Shown in pieces: positions 1 through 9,305 of a stretch of DNA of 32,000 nucleotides. The stretch's first letter is position 1. Each line of letters starts with the position of its first letter. A program made the translations under genes and the position numbers. The stretch spans positions 1 through 32,000 of the forward strand of contig CAYHAA010000019.1 of NCBI GenBank assembly GCA_964354495.1. The letters run 5' to 3'. This DNA comes from an uncultured archaeon. Lineage in GTDB: Archaea; Asgardarchaeota; Thorarchaeia; Thorarchaeales; Thorarchaeaceae. Below the pieces are notes generated by a model, which worked only from the letters and a program-made list of their open reading frames with translations, was not told the origin of the DNA and did no database searches.

Positions 1-2
1 CC

Positions 3-482
3 CTAGTCTTCATCTTCCATTGGCGATTCTACGAGCTCCTTTTGCATCACTACTATCTCTTCTCCCAGACGCATCAAACGACCTGTTTCGTGATACCCTA
101 TCTTCTCGTAGAAAGAGAGCTGCATCTCAACTGCCCCATATACTTCTATTTCAATTACTGATGCACCCATGTGAGACATGAGATTCTCGGCGTATTCTAC
201 AAGCATTGAACCAATTCGTCGCCCTCGAAAACCGCTTCGAACTGCAACTCTCGAGATGACACCTACATTTCCTGCAATTCTGGCCCTCATCGTACCTATA
301 ACTTGGTCACCAATCAATGCTACATACTGATCTCCCATCTGGATATGACGTGAGATCTTGGCCAGACCTTCCTGGAGCGCGCCTGGCATTCGTGAAAGCT
401 GCTTCCTGATGGGTTCGTAAGCCTCGGTAACAATCTCCTTTATGGTATCAACTTCGGAGAGATTAGCTCGGCGGATGGTCAC
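3..482 (-). CDS. GNAT family N-acetyltransferase
   Basis: 159 aa, GTG start; acetyl-CoA motif A (VAVRSGFRGRRIGSMLV) and C-terminal FYEKIGY motif. Confidence 0.85.
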   Translation of the reverse strand: MTIRRANLSEVDTIKEIVTEAYEPIRKQLSRMPGALQEGLAKISRHIQMGDQYVALIGDQVIGTMRARIAGNVGVISRVAVRSGFRGRRIGSMLVEYAENLMSHMGASVIEIEVYGAVEMQLSFYEKIGYHETGRLMRLGEEIVVMQKELVESPMEDED

Positions 483-628
483 TTCAGCATAGTTGTAGAT
501 GGGAGATACCTCCTGAGAACTACAGGTGTTCTATATGCTGCAATGAGTCATAAAGCATTTGGAGCCGGAACATCTTTTGAGTACCTCGAAAATCAGTTGG
601 CAGTTGCCATTAGGATGTGATATGAACC

Positions 629-1117
629 ATGCCTTTCGTGATTCGGCATTCAACTGAGAGCGACAGAGAGTGGATAATTGAGGTTCTCCTTGACAACTGG
701 GCGTCTAATATAGTGGTAACCAGAGGCATTACATACGAAGCAGATAGGCTTCCGGGCATCATTGTGGAGATTGATGGAAAGAGAGTAGGACTCCTAACAT
801 ACAAGATAAAGAACCACGAACTCGAAATCGTCACGATGAATGCACTGGACGAAGGCAAAGGTGTCGGGACTGCGCTTTTGAATGAGGTAGAGGCCGTCGC
901 GAGAAAGAACAGATGTCGGCGCCTTTGGCTAATCACCACGAATGACAATGTCGATGCGATTCGATTCTACCAGAAGAGAGGGTTTGAGATAGCTGCAGTT
1001 CATAGATATGCAGCGGAAGAATCAAGGAAACTCAAACCCCAATTGCCGTTTGTGGGCAAGTACGGTATACCCATCCGCGACGAGATAGAGATGGAGATGA
1101 ATCTGAAGGAGGATTGA
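629..1117 (+). CDS. GNAT family N-acetyltransferase
   Basis: 162 aa; GKGVGTALL motif A, TTNDN and AIRFYQKRGF motifs; divergent from the first GNAT. Confidence 0.9.
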   Translation: MPFVIRHSTESDREWIIEVLLDNWASNIVVTRGITYEADRLPGIIVEIDGKRVGLLTYKIKNHELEIVTMNALDEGKGVGTALLNEVEAVARKNRCRRLWLITTNDNVDAIRFYQKRGFEIAAVHRYAAEESRKLKPQLPFVGKYGIPIRDEIEMEMNLKED

Positions 1118-1168
1118 AAACGTACGTTTTTAACGGTGCGCGTTGAAGAAGTGGAAGGTGGCACGCAA

Positions 1169-1315
1169 TTGAACGAAGATGACAAAGATGAAATTCAGGA
1201 GTCACAAAAGATGAGCAAACGCGACAAAAGAGAGATTGAAGAAGGCGCTTGCGTGAATTGCGTCATCGCAGGTGTCATTGTCACCATTCTACTAATGTTT
1301 GCCATGGTAGCATAG
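1169..1315 (+). other. Possible 48-aa membrane peptide or 5' part of a decayed membrane-protein gene
   Basis: TTG after GAAGGTGG; reads MNEDDKDEIQESQKMSKRDKREIEEGACVNCVIAGVIVTILLMFAMVA* (charged head, CxxC, one hydrophobic helix). Not in the ORF track because it is short. Confidence 0.3.
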
Positions 1316-1486
1316 ATTGGTTGGCAGGGAAGTTGCCCTTCTTATCGAACTATCACTTTCGATGTTCTTCTAATCGATTGTCTTTTTGATTGGCACAGCT
1401 GCCAGAGGATAGACTCATAGTATCGTTGGCAAGATACACTCAGGAAATAGAAGCGAGGGTCTTGTCAGACCCTATATGCTTGTAGT

Positions 1487-2905
1487 CTAACTTTCCTTAT
1501 CTTCCTCGTCTTCGCCGTATCGCTTTACCTTGCCGAGTCTGCGACTGCTCTCAGCTGTGAAGCGATTGGGGTCAGGTGCTGAAAGGTCATGACCGGGTTT
1601 TCCTTTCTCTACGCCCTCGGCTCTCTCGCTGGGCCAAGCTTTGCCAGGCTCTGGTGCCCGCTCTGCCAAGTCCTTATCAACCTTGCCGGGCTCGAAGGTT
1701 TCACCTGATTCCTTGGCGCGCTCAACAATGCGCTCAGTGCGTTCATGAGTAAGATAGTACAAAGCTGTGAAGATTGCAGTCAATGGGAATGCAGCAAGCT
1801 TGGCAACATCCCGGAATAAGAATAGGAATCGCGGATCGGCAAGGATACCCGTTTCAAACCAACCAGTGCCGGGTATTCCTGAACCACCCATGATCGTGAG
1901 GGGATTCGAAGCGACAGCGATTATGCTATCAACAAAGAAGAATCCGCTCGCAAGGAAGAATGTGACTAGCGGACCGAAATCACCGATTCGGCCACCTGGT
2001 TTCTCAGCAGCCTCGGTCGCAGTCCGACCTATCCCACTCAAAGCATATGCCAAGAAGAACAGAGACATGGCGATGTCTACTGGTCCCATTCCAAAGACAC
2101 CGGTCCTCCTCATTACATTGACAAGAAAGTAGCCGGCATAGATTCCAATGAATAGTGTTAGAAGAGAAATATTCAGAGCGGCTCCTTTCCCAGCATATCT
2201 GACAAATGCGAGAAGCATGACTAGAGCAAACAGTCCCATGCAGGCATACGCTACAATAAGATAGGTGAATTGGTTTGCAAGGTTGGCCGTAGCTAATGGA
2301 AAGATCCCGTTGATCATTGTACCTAAGCCGAGAATATCATTCGGAACTAAGTATAAAGCGAGCAGGGCTTCTGCAGCAATTATTACTAGACCAATTATTA
2401 GGATTATGAAACTCCCTGTACCTAGGAGAAAACCACCTTTCTTTGGTTCGGCAATTGTGGCAATCCTAAGACTCGTTCGTGTTGAAAGATATCCTTGAAA
2501 AGCAATCCAGCCAACCCAACCGAATATCGCGAAGAATAGCAGGGCCGTACGACCGACCAGAATTGATAGGAACACAGCGATAGCGAATGAAACAACCATC
2601 CAACTGAGTCCTTTCATTTCAGTGACCCTACCCCGACCTCGTCTTGTAATCCAGAGTCGGTCTGCTCCCAAGCCTGTGAATAGTGCACCTAGAGCGAAGT
2701 AGATTGTACCAGCTGAACCTACATATGTGAAGAAGTAAACAAGTATTTCCTCTATATCGCTCCCAGGATTGGTATACATCATCCAGGATACCAACAGGCC
2801 TAGAAAAGTAGTGGCTACAAACACAATGAGATACGCAAGGTATCTTCTAGTCTTAAAGAATACACCAAGACCACTTATTATTCCAGAGAGAATGGGAATC
2901 TGCAA
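1487..2905 (-). CDS. Multi-pass membrane protein of unknown function
   Basis: 472 aa, TTG start with GGAGGT upstream; about 11-12 hydrophobic segments and a highly charged C-terminal tail. Confidence 0.85.
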   Translation of the reverse strand: MQIPILSGIISGLGVFFKTRRYLAYLIVFVATTFLGLLVSWMMYTNPGSDIEEILVYFFTYVGSAGTIYFALGALFTGLGADRLWITRRGRGRVTEMKGLSWMVVSFAIAVFLSILVGRTALLFFAIFGWVGWIAFQGYLSTRTSLRIATIAEPKKGGFLLGTGSFIILIIGLVIIAAEALLALYLVPNDILGLGTMINGIFPLATANLANQFTYLIVAYACMGLFALVMLLAFVRYAGKGAALNISLLTLFIGIYAGYFLVNVMRRTGVFGMGPVDIAMSLFFLAYALSGIGRTATEAAEKPGGRIGDFGPLVTFFLASGFFFVDSIIAVASNPLTIMGGSGIPGTGWFETGILADPRFLFLFRDVAKLAAFPLTAIFTALYYLTHERTERIVERAKESGETFEPGKVDKDLAERAPEPGKAWPSERAEGVEKGKPGHDLSAPDPNRFTAESSRRLGKVKRYGEDEEDKES

Positions 2906-3042
2906 ATTTGGGACCTCCCTTAATGAGCATCGTTAGTAGCTAGAAGGATTTAAGCTTTGGCGGAATCAATTTGCTTTCTCAAGTGAAGAGTAATAAGGCG
3001 TTTCTCACTAGATAAGCAGTCTGTTAGGGGGACAAGTGCCCA

Positions 3043-5637
3043 ATGGCCGTTCGCGTTCTAATGGTAGATGATGATTTAGTTCATCTTGAGCTAAGTGAAC
3101 GATTTCTGCATAGACAGAGTCCAGACTATGAGATAGTGCCAGTTCAAACCTCAGCTGAAGCCATCAAACATCTTGAGGAAGGCGGTTTTGATGCCGCTGT
3201 ATGCGACATTGATCTTGCTGAAGAAACTTGGAGTGGACTGGACATCCTCGAACATGTGAGGAGTTCTGGTGATGAGATTCCATTGATCATCTTCACCGGA
3301 AAGAGCAGAGAAGAGTTTGCAATCCAAGCACTCAATCTTGGAGCTGACTACTACCTCAGAAAAAGCGAATCAAACATTCAGGGGCTCTATGCAGAGTTGT
3401 CCTATTACATTCTCATGGCTGTCGAGAAGCGCAGGACAAAGAAAGCTCTGAAAGAGTCAGAACAAAAGCTCAGGGAAAGTGAAGCCAGGCTTGCTGAGGC
3501 TCAGAGGATATCCCATTCGGGGAGCTGGGTCTGGGACATTGTTGAAGACAAGGAGGTCTGGTCAGATGAGATCTATCGTATCTTCGGCCTTGCACCACAG
3601 GAATTCCTGGCAACATACAAGGCGTTTCTGGATTCGGTCCATCCAGACGATAGAGACTTGATCAGGAATTCCGTTGATGAGGCATTGAATAAGAGGACTC
3701 CCTATAGCATAGACCATCGGATTGTTCGTCCGGATGGATCTATCCGTCATGTTCACGAAGAAGGAGAAGCAACATTCGATGATGAAGGCAGAGCCGTCAG
3801 AATGATAGGCACTGTCCAAGACATAACAGGACGCGCAAATGCCGAGCCCAGAACAGGGGAAGAATGGTGGCAGGGAGTCTTCGAACACTCCCCGGCAGGC
3901 ATTGGTATCTTCAATTCCGAAGGCCTGCTCATTGACGCAAACAAGGCGGCTGTCGAACTGCTAGGCACGAAGAATCGTGAGTCGCTCTTGGGTTTGGATC
4001 TCTTCAAGGAATCCAGACTGCCGGAGAAAGTGCTGGAAGGCCTGCGGAAAGGAGAAGCGCAACGTTTCGAATACAAATGGGATTTCAAGTATGTAAGAAA
4101 GAGGAATATCCTGGACACCTCAAGAAGCGATGTCATCTATATGGATGTGGTACTCTCTGTTCTTCAGGGTCCTAATGGGCATACGAGGGGGTACGTCATG
4201 CATGTTACTGACATGACAAAAAGCCGTGGGATCGAGGCATCTCTAAGAGCCAACGAAGAGAGGTTCAGGACGATTTTTGAGGAATCACCCATTTGTATAG
4301 AGCTGTTCGATTCGGACGGCATTCAGGTTGGAGCAAATAAAGCCAGCCTTCAGCTCTTTGGGCAGGAGGATTTGGAAGATGCCATGGGTTTTGATCTCTT
4401 CGCAGATCCCAATACGCCGCAATTCGTCAAAGAGAAACTGCGTAGGGGAGAGGCCGCCAGAACGAAAACACGATTCGATTTCTCAAAAGTCAAGAAGAGT
4501 GGGCTGTATAAGACAACAAAGTCAGGGATTATGTATCTCGATGCTGTCGCTTCCCCTCTTCGCTATGGAAGGGAAGATGAACTTAATGGATTCATCGTTC
4601 ATATTCAGAATGTCACCGACACGTACCTTGCAGAGCAAGCGCTTCTCGAGAGCAGACAGAACTACAAGGAATTGTACAACAACGCGCTCATCGGGCTCTT
4701 TCGTGCAAGAACCTCAGACAGCATGATTCTTGAGTGCAATGATTACTTCAGTAGAATCTTTGGTTTTGAAAATCGACAAGGTCTCATTGACGAATCGAGT
4801 CACTTCAAGGATTTGTTGGTGAGCTCAAAAGACTGGACGAGTCTAAAGGAGAGACTCAAGAAAGAGGAACGGATTGTGACAGAGTTGCAGGTCACTGGAA
4901 GAAACGGGCAGCATCTCTGGGTGAGATTTTCACTGCATCGACTATCAGAGAAAGGCTACATTGAGGGTGTGATGTCAGATATTACGCAGCAGAAAGAGGC
5001 AGTTGAGATGCTTGAGAAGCAGAGAGAAGAGCTGAGTGATTTTGCACATTCAATGAGCCACGATTTGAAGGGCATCTTTCATAACATCATGGGATTCATT
5101 GAACTTGCAGAAGATGAAAGGAGTCTCAAGCATCTCGAACGTATTCACAGCCTCATTCGGGACACAAGCGACCTGCTGGATCACTCAGTCATGCTGGCAG
5201 ATGCAGGTCTCGTTGTTGAAGAGAATTTCACTGATGTGGACCTTGGCAGACTGGTCAGCAGTGTGGCAAGTTCAACAATACCTGAGAGCATCGAGTATTC
5301 ACAGGATGCGTTGCCTGTTGTGAAAGCGGATGAAATGAAGATCACTCAGGTCTTTAGGAACCTGTTTGACAATGCTGTGAAGCATGGTAAACCAAATCGC
5401 ATTCAGGTCAGACTTGCAGAGCGAGGAGGTATGTATTGCATTGCTATCTCTAACGATGGTATGGAGATACCAAGCAAGTACCGACCTAATCTCTTCCAGA
5501 GGGGTTTTACGACCAGCAAAACAGGAAAAGGATTCGGATTGACGATTGCCAGACGGATTGTCGAGGCTCACAGATGGAGCATTCAATTGGGAGATGGCAA
5601 TGGAACTACCTTTGAACTACTCATTCCTAAGCACTAG
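3043..5637 (+). CDS. Hybrid sensor histidine kinase (REC-4xPAS-HisKA-HATPase)
   Basis: Receiver motifs VDDD, CDID and GADYYLRK; four PAS/PAC repeats; H-box SHDLK, N-box NLFDNAVKHG, G-box GKGFGLTIARRIVEAH. Confidence 0.95.
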   Translation: MAVRVLMVDDDLVHLELSERFLHRQSPDYEIVPVQTSAEAIKHLEEGGFDAAVCDIDLAEETWSGLDILEHVRSSGDEIPLIIFTGKSREEFAIQALNLGADYYLRKSESNIQGLYAELSYYILMAVEKRRTKKALKESEQKLRESEARLAEAQRISHSGSWVWDIVEDKEVWSDEIYRIFGLAPQEFLATYKAFLDSVHPDDRDLIRNSVDEALNKRTPYSIDHRIVRPDGSIRHVHEEGEATFDDEGRAVRMIGTVQDITGRANAEPRTGEEWWQGVFEHSPAGIGIFNSEGLLIDANKAAVELLGTKNRESLLGLDLFKESRLPEKVLEGLRKGEAQRFEYKWDFKYVRKRNILDTSRSDVIYMDVVLSVLQGPNGHTRGYVMHVTDMTKSRGIEASLRANEERFRTIFEESPICIELFDSDGIQVGANKASLQLFGQEDLEDAMGFDLFADPNTPQFVKEKLRRGEAARTKTRFDFSKVKKSGLYKTTKSGIMYLDAVASPLRYGREDELNGFIVHIQNVTDTYLAEQALLESRQNYKELYNNALIGLFRARTSDSMILECNDYFSRIFGFENRQGLIDESSHFKDLLVSSKDWTSLKERLKKEERIVTELQVTGRNGQHLWVRFSLHRLSEKGYIEGVMSDITQQKEAVEMLEKQREELSDFAHSMSHDLKGIFHNIMGFIELAEDERSLKHLERIHSLIRDTSDLLDHSVMLADAGLVVEENFTDVDLGRLVSSVASSTIPESIEYSQDALPVVKADEMKITQVFRNLFDNAVKHGKPNRIQVRLAERGGMYCIAISNDGMEIPSKYRPNLFQRGFTTSKTGKGFGLTIARRIVEAHRWSIQLGDGNGTTFELLIPKH

Positions 5638-5698
5638 ACCAGAAAGCGTATGAATTGCAGTCAGTTAACTCAAATTTATGATTCATTATTCAACAGCC

Positions 5699-5706
5699 TT
5701 AATAAG
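5699..5706 (+). promoter_or_regulatory. TATA-like element, candidate promoter of the 5726-5832 RNA
   Basis: TTAATAAG ends 20 nt before the first base of the hairpin, close to archaeal TATA-to-start spacing; no clear purine-rich BRE. Confidence 0.35.
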
Positions 5707-5725
5707 CAGAGAATCGCATGAACCT

Positions 5726-5832
5726 GTGTGGTCAGTGTTTCAGTAGGGCTTGATTTTTCGTAACATGCCCTCATTACATAACTCCCCCCCCCTCCTACCA
5801 CATTGAGTCCTACTGTCCCTGACCACACTACA
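5726..5832 (+). ncRNA. Candidate archaeal H/ACA box guide RNA (single hairpin)
   Basis: 10-bp lower stem (5726-5735 with 5819-5828); internal loop UGUUU/UCC; 9-bp upper stem (5741-5749 with 5807-5815); opposed UUGAU/UUGA K-turn-like motif; ACA at 5830-5832, 14 nt from the top of the pocket. G-U pairs favour the + strand. Confidence 0.5.
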
Positions 5833-5957
5833 CCATCTTGTTACCCTGCAGTTTCTAGGATATATGGCTCAGTCGTCATACAGCCACTTGCTCTCTCGAA
5901 TCTGCAGTTGCATAGACTTTATCACAATCAGAAGAGACACCCCTTTCAGAATTCAAG

Positions 5958-6950
5958 TTGTCCGATCAGTTTCTCAGAACTCATAGTTCAGCAATTGAAT
6001 GGTTACTCCAACGTTCAGACCCGTCGGTGAGATACAGAACACTTACTGACATCAATGCTCTACCGAACACTCATCCTGATGTAATAGAAGCACAGTGTTC
6101 TGTGAAAGGAAGCGCTCTCCTGAAGGAGATTCTTGGGCATCAATTAGCAGATGGCAGCTGGAGAGGGCCCAGAGGAGATATCTGGGAGGAGAAGGGAACT
6201 GTGTTCTCATTGCTTCTTCTAGGCGAACTCGGCGCAGATACCTCTGCGGCGACGGAAAGAGCACTCGATCATCTGCACAACTACTATCAGCTGCCTTCTG
6301 GAAGAATCACTTACAGGCCTGTTCGGAATTCTCGCAATCAAGAAACATCATCCACATGGATGTGGTGCATCACAGCAGCTGTTCTTCGGGCTGGCGCGCT
6401 GCTTGGTCATCTGAAGAGCCCTGCTATCCAGCATGCCATACAGTTCTTCGAGGACACCCACTGCAATGAAGGCGGCTGGTATTGCTCTACGTACTCCAGG
6501 AATCCCTCAAAGGTCACCCCGCATAACTGCTACATGGGGACTTTGAAGGCACTTGGCGCATTCTCTGCAATCCCGCCAAGACGACGCTCAAAGAAGGTAC
6601 GGTCAATCATCAATAGTGAGGTACAGACATGCCTAGACAACGAGGTCTGCTATTACAGGGTGAACCGAGAAGGGAAACCAACCATAAAGAGGGCATGGCT
6701 GAAGTTTGCATTCCCCAGATACTGGAGAAGCGACGTATTAGAGGCAGTTGATGTCCTTGCTTATCTAGGAGTACACGATTCCAGGTTGGATAAAGCTCTT
6801 GCCATTATCACCGAAAAGATGCAGCCTGATGGGAGATGGCTGATGGACTTCTCAGAAACGAAGCGGGCATGGGTACAAATCGAAATTGAAGGCAAACCAA
6901 GTAAGTGGATCACTCTGCGAGCGCTCAGAGCCCTGAATCGCCTCAAATAG
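5958..6950 (+). CDS. Prenyltransferase/squalene-cyclase-like alpha/alpha-barrel protein
   Basis: 330 aa; N-terminal WLL...PSVRY motif; QW-like repeats (QLADGSW, QLPSG, NEGGW, QPDGRW); C-terminal FAFP and GKPSKWITLRALRAL typical of this conserved family. Confidence 0.7.
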   Translation: MSDQFLRTHSSAIEWLLQRSDPSVRYRTLTDINALPNTHPDVIEAQCSVKGSALLKEILGHQLADGSWRGPRGDIWEEKGTVFSLLLLGELGADTSAATERALDHLHNYYQLPSGRITYRPVRNSRNQETSSTWMWCITAAVLRAGALLGHLKSPAIQHAIQFFEDTHCNEGGWYCSTYSRNPSKVTPHNCYMGTLKALGAFSAIPPRRRSKKVRSIINSEVQTCLDNEVCYYRVNREGKPTIKRAWLKFAFPRYWRSDVLEAVDVLAYLGVHDSRLDKALAIITEKMQPDGRWLMDFSETKRAWVQIEIEGKPSKWITLRALRALNRLK

Positions 6951-6987
6951 TGTAAACAGATGAAATTAAGCTCTCAGGCCATCACTT

Positions 6988-8256
6988 CTAAACATCAAAA
7001 ACCGCTGGCTCTGGTTTGGCTGGTGATGGACTTTCCCCCTTGTTTTTCCCAAAGAAGATGTAGAATAGAACGACACTAGCAGCATAGAAGATGCCAGCAA
7101 TTGCAAAGGGTTCTCTCAAGAGCCCTACAGCCATTAGAGCGCCACCCAGATTGAGACCGAAGGCTCTCGATAGTGAATCGCCCGCAGTGATTACACCCAT
7201 TGCGGTAGACCGCTCTTCCATATCTAGTCCTTCCATGTAAAATACATCCATAACCGGCCACGCAATATTCATGAATAGAGCCCTTGAAACAAATGCGATT
7301 GCTGCGATGTAGAATGTAGGTGACCATGACAACAGGAAAAGGAATGGAAATGAGAGTGCCTGAAACCAGATTATTGCACTGAGTTTTCCAAATCTATCAA
7401 CAATCGCTGGAGATACGAAATTGCCACCTGCCATTACCAGCGTGTTAACAGTAAAGATGATTCCGATTGTGACTTCATTAGCTTCAAAAGCTCGATTGAA
7501 GAAGACATTGACGAACTGGATGAAAAGGCCTGCACCAAAACCCGAAACAGACCAAGCTAATGCGTACTTACCGATGAAGCCTCGATTACGGATATTTGAG
7601 AATCTGAAGGAGATTTTTCGCATATTTGAGGGCTTGTCAACTGACATTGGAACAACTGCCAGTGCAGCCAGTGCAATGGGTATGATGGCAACCCAGAGAG
7701 AGAACCTGTATGCTGAAAGCAAGTCAACCGCAATGCCCAGATTCCTCCAGACCGTTGGCAAGAGGCCACCAGTCAAAGAACCCAATAGACTTGCAACCAG
7801 ATAGAAAGCATAGCGAACGCTGAACACATGCACTCGTTCCTCATCAGTTGTGACATGAGCTGTATAGGGTTGCCAGCAAACATTGGTGAAGCCAAAACCC
7901 AATCCCGAAAGAACTTGCGAGAATAAAAGAAACAGCGGGTCCAGCGTCGTGTACTGAATCGCAACGGCAATTACGACGACTATGTTCGCCCAGAGAAGGA
8001 TTCTCTTCCGTGAGTATCGGTCAGCCACCATCCCTGCAAAGACTGCTAATCCACCAGCAATGAACATCGATATCGAGAGAAAAAAGCCAAGGAAATCTTC
8101 TGCAAATCCAGCTTCGATGAGATAAAGGTTGAAGATCACATCGCTGATGCCAAAGGCAAAAGCTGAGAACATCCAGCTGACAATAGTAAGCCGAGCATCT
8201 CTGCTAATGAGTCTAATCTTATCCACGTAACGCAACTTCATGGTGCTGGTGGCCAT
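6988..8256 (-). CDS. Major facilitator superfamily transporter
   Basis: 422 aa, about 12 TM; motif A in both halves (GMVADRYSRK, PAIVDRFGK). Confidence 0.92.
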   Translation of the reverse strand: MATSTMKLRYVDKIRLISRDARLTIVSWMFSAFAFGISDVIFNLYLIEAGFAEDFLGFFLSISMFIAGGLAVFAGMVADRYSRKRILLWANIVVVIAVAIQYTTLDPLFLLFSQVLSGLGFGFTNVCWQPYTAHVTTDEERVHVFSVRYAFYLVASLLGSLTGGLLPTVWRNLGIAVDLLSAYRFSLWVAIIPIALAALAVVPMSVDKPSNMRKISFRFSNIRNRGFIGKYALAWSVSGFGAGLFIQFVNVFFNRAFEANEVTIGIIFTVNTLVMAGGNFVSPAIVDRFGKLSAIIWFQALSFPFLFLLSWSPTFYIAAIAFVSRALFMNIAWPVMDVFYMEGLDMEERSTAMGVITAGDSLSRAFGLNLGGALMAVGLLREPFAIAGIFYAASVVLFYIFFGKNKGESPSPAKPEPAVFDV

Positions 8257-8453
8257 GATGAACTCGATTCACGGAGGACTTTTGTCTATTGTGACCGGAG
8301 CAGAAAGCGACCTTCGTAGTGTTGCACCGTCTTTCTAGGGGAGTCTTCTGCAATGTGTGATATGAAGAAACAAGACGAGCTATTCAACATTGCCCGTCAG
8401 CCATCACATGGACGTTGCGATTTCATCAATGTTGTAAGACCACAGCTGGGCTA

Positions 8454-9305
8454 CTAGACCTCTTCTAGCTCATCTGTCTTCAGAGTAAGCCTTCTTGGAT
8501 TGGCGAGAAGACTCACTTCATTTCTATCTTGAGAAGGATGTTTCTTGCCGCCCTGCCATAGATGAAATCCCTTGTCGATTTTTCCATGGATGTCTCCGCG
8601 GTAGGCAATCATGATAGAGAAGCACTGAAGTATGCGGCAGAACCATTCATTCTCTGCTAACACAGGGTCCTTTATCTTGACGCTGAATTCACCACCGAAA
8701 TCGCCGAATTTGCTGTCAATCTCAGCGACAGTCTGATTTCCCTTCAAACGAATGGTCTTGAAGTCATCACCGAGCGTGCCACGTGAACCCTCAATCCTGT
8801 AGGTATCGAATGTATTGTCCGGTCCAAGGATGTAGAAAACAAAGTTCTCGGTTGAGAGACCGCCCCTACGGAGTTGTTTCACCCAGGTCACAAACTCGTT
8901 TTCCTTTGTAAAGACAGTGAATGCAACAAGAGGCCGGTCAGATGCAAAACTGGATGCATACTCCTCTGCAATCATCTCTTCCAGCGAGGCAATCCAGCCG
9001 CCACTATTTGAGAACAACTTCACAACAAGCCTACGGTCCTGCTCATCAGCTTGACTCCACATAGACTGCCTGAGAACAAAGAACCCGGTTTTCTTCAAAG
9101 GAGCGATTTTCTCCTTTTCATTAGAACGACGACTTTCCTCGATCTTGCCAATGATGTCTGCGTCCTTCGAGAATTGACGACTCTTTGAGCGCCACATCTC
9201 ATCCTGTCGATAGCCTATCTCCTCACCGTGGAATCCGGTCCGGTAGAGATCTTGTGAGAGCACTCTGTATATTGGCCCAACCTTTCTTGCATCTTCCTTG
9301 GACAT
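8454..9305 (-). CDS. Hypothetical protein, possible tubby/LURP-one/scramblase-like fold
   Basis: 283 aa from ATG 9305 (GGGTGA five nt upstream; the ORF track extends to 9428). The fold guess rests on the C-terminal pattern only. Confidence 0.7.
   Translation of the reverse strand: MSKEDARKVGPIYRVLSQDLYRTGFHGEEIGYRQDEMWRSKSRQFSKDADIIGKIEESRRSNEKEKIAPLKKTGFFVLRQSMWSQADEQDRRLVVKLFSNSGGWIASLEEMIAEEYASSFASDRPLVAFTVFTKENEFVTWVKQLRRGGLSTENFVFYILGPDNTFDTYRIEGSRGTLGDDFKTIRLKGNQTVAEIDSKFGDFGGEFSVKIKDPVLAENEWFCRILQCFSIMIAYRGDIHGKIDKGFHLWQGGKKHPSQDRNEVSLLANPRRLTLKTDELEEV

Noticed and set aside
5726-5828. The hairpin as a MITE with terminal inverted repeats
   Set aside because: No target-site duplication in the flanks, no second copy in the window, and strand-specific G-U pairs point to RNA structure.
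5958-6950. Squalene-hopene cyclase or NifH label
   Set aside because: Half the length of a cyclase with no DXDD; no P-loop or NifH cysteine motifs.
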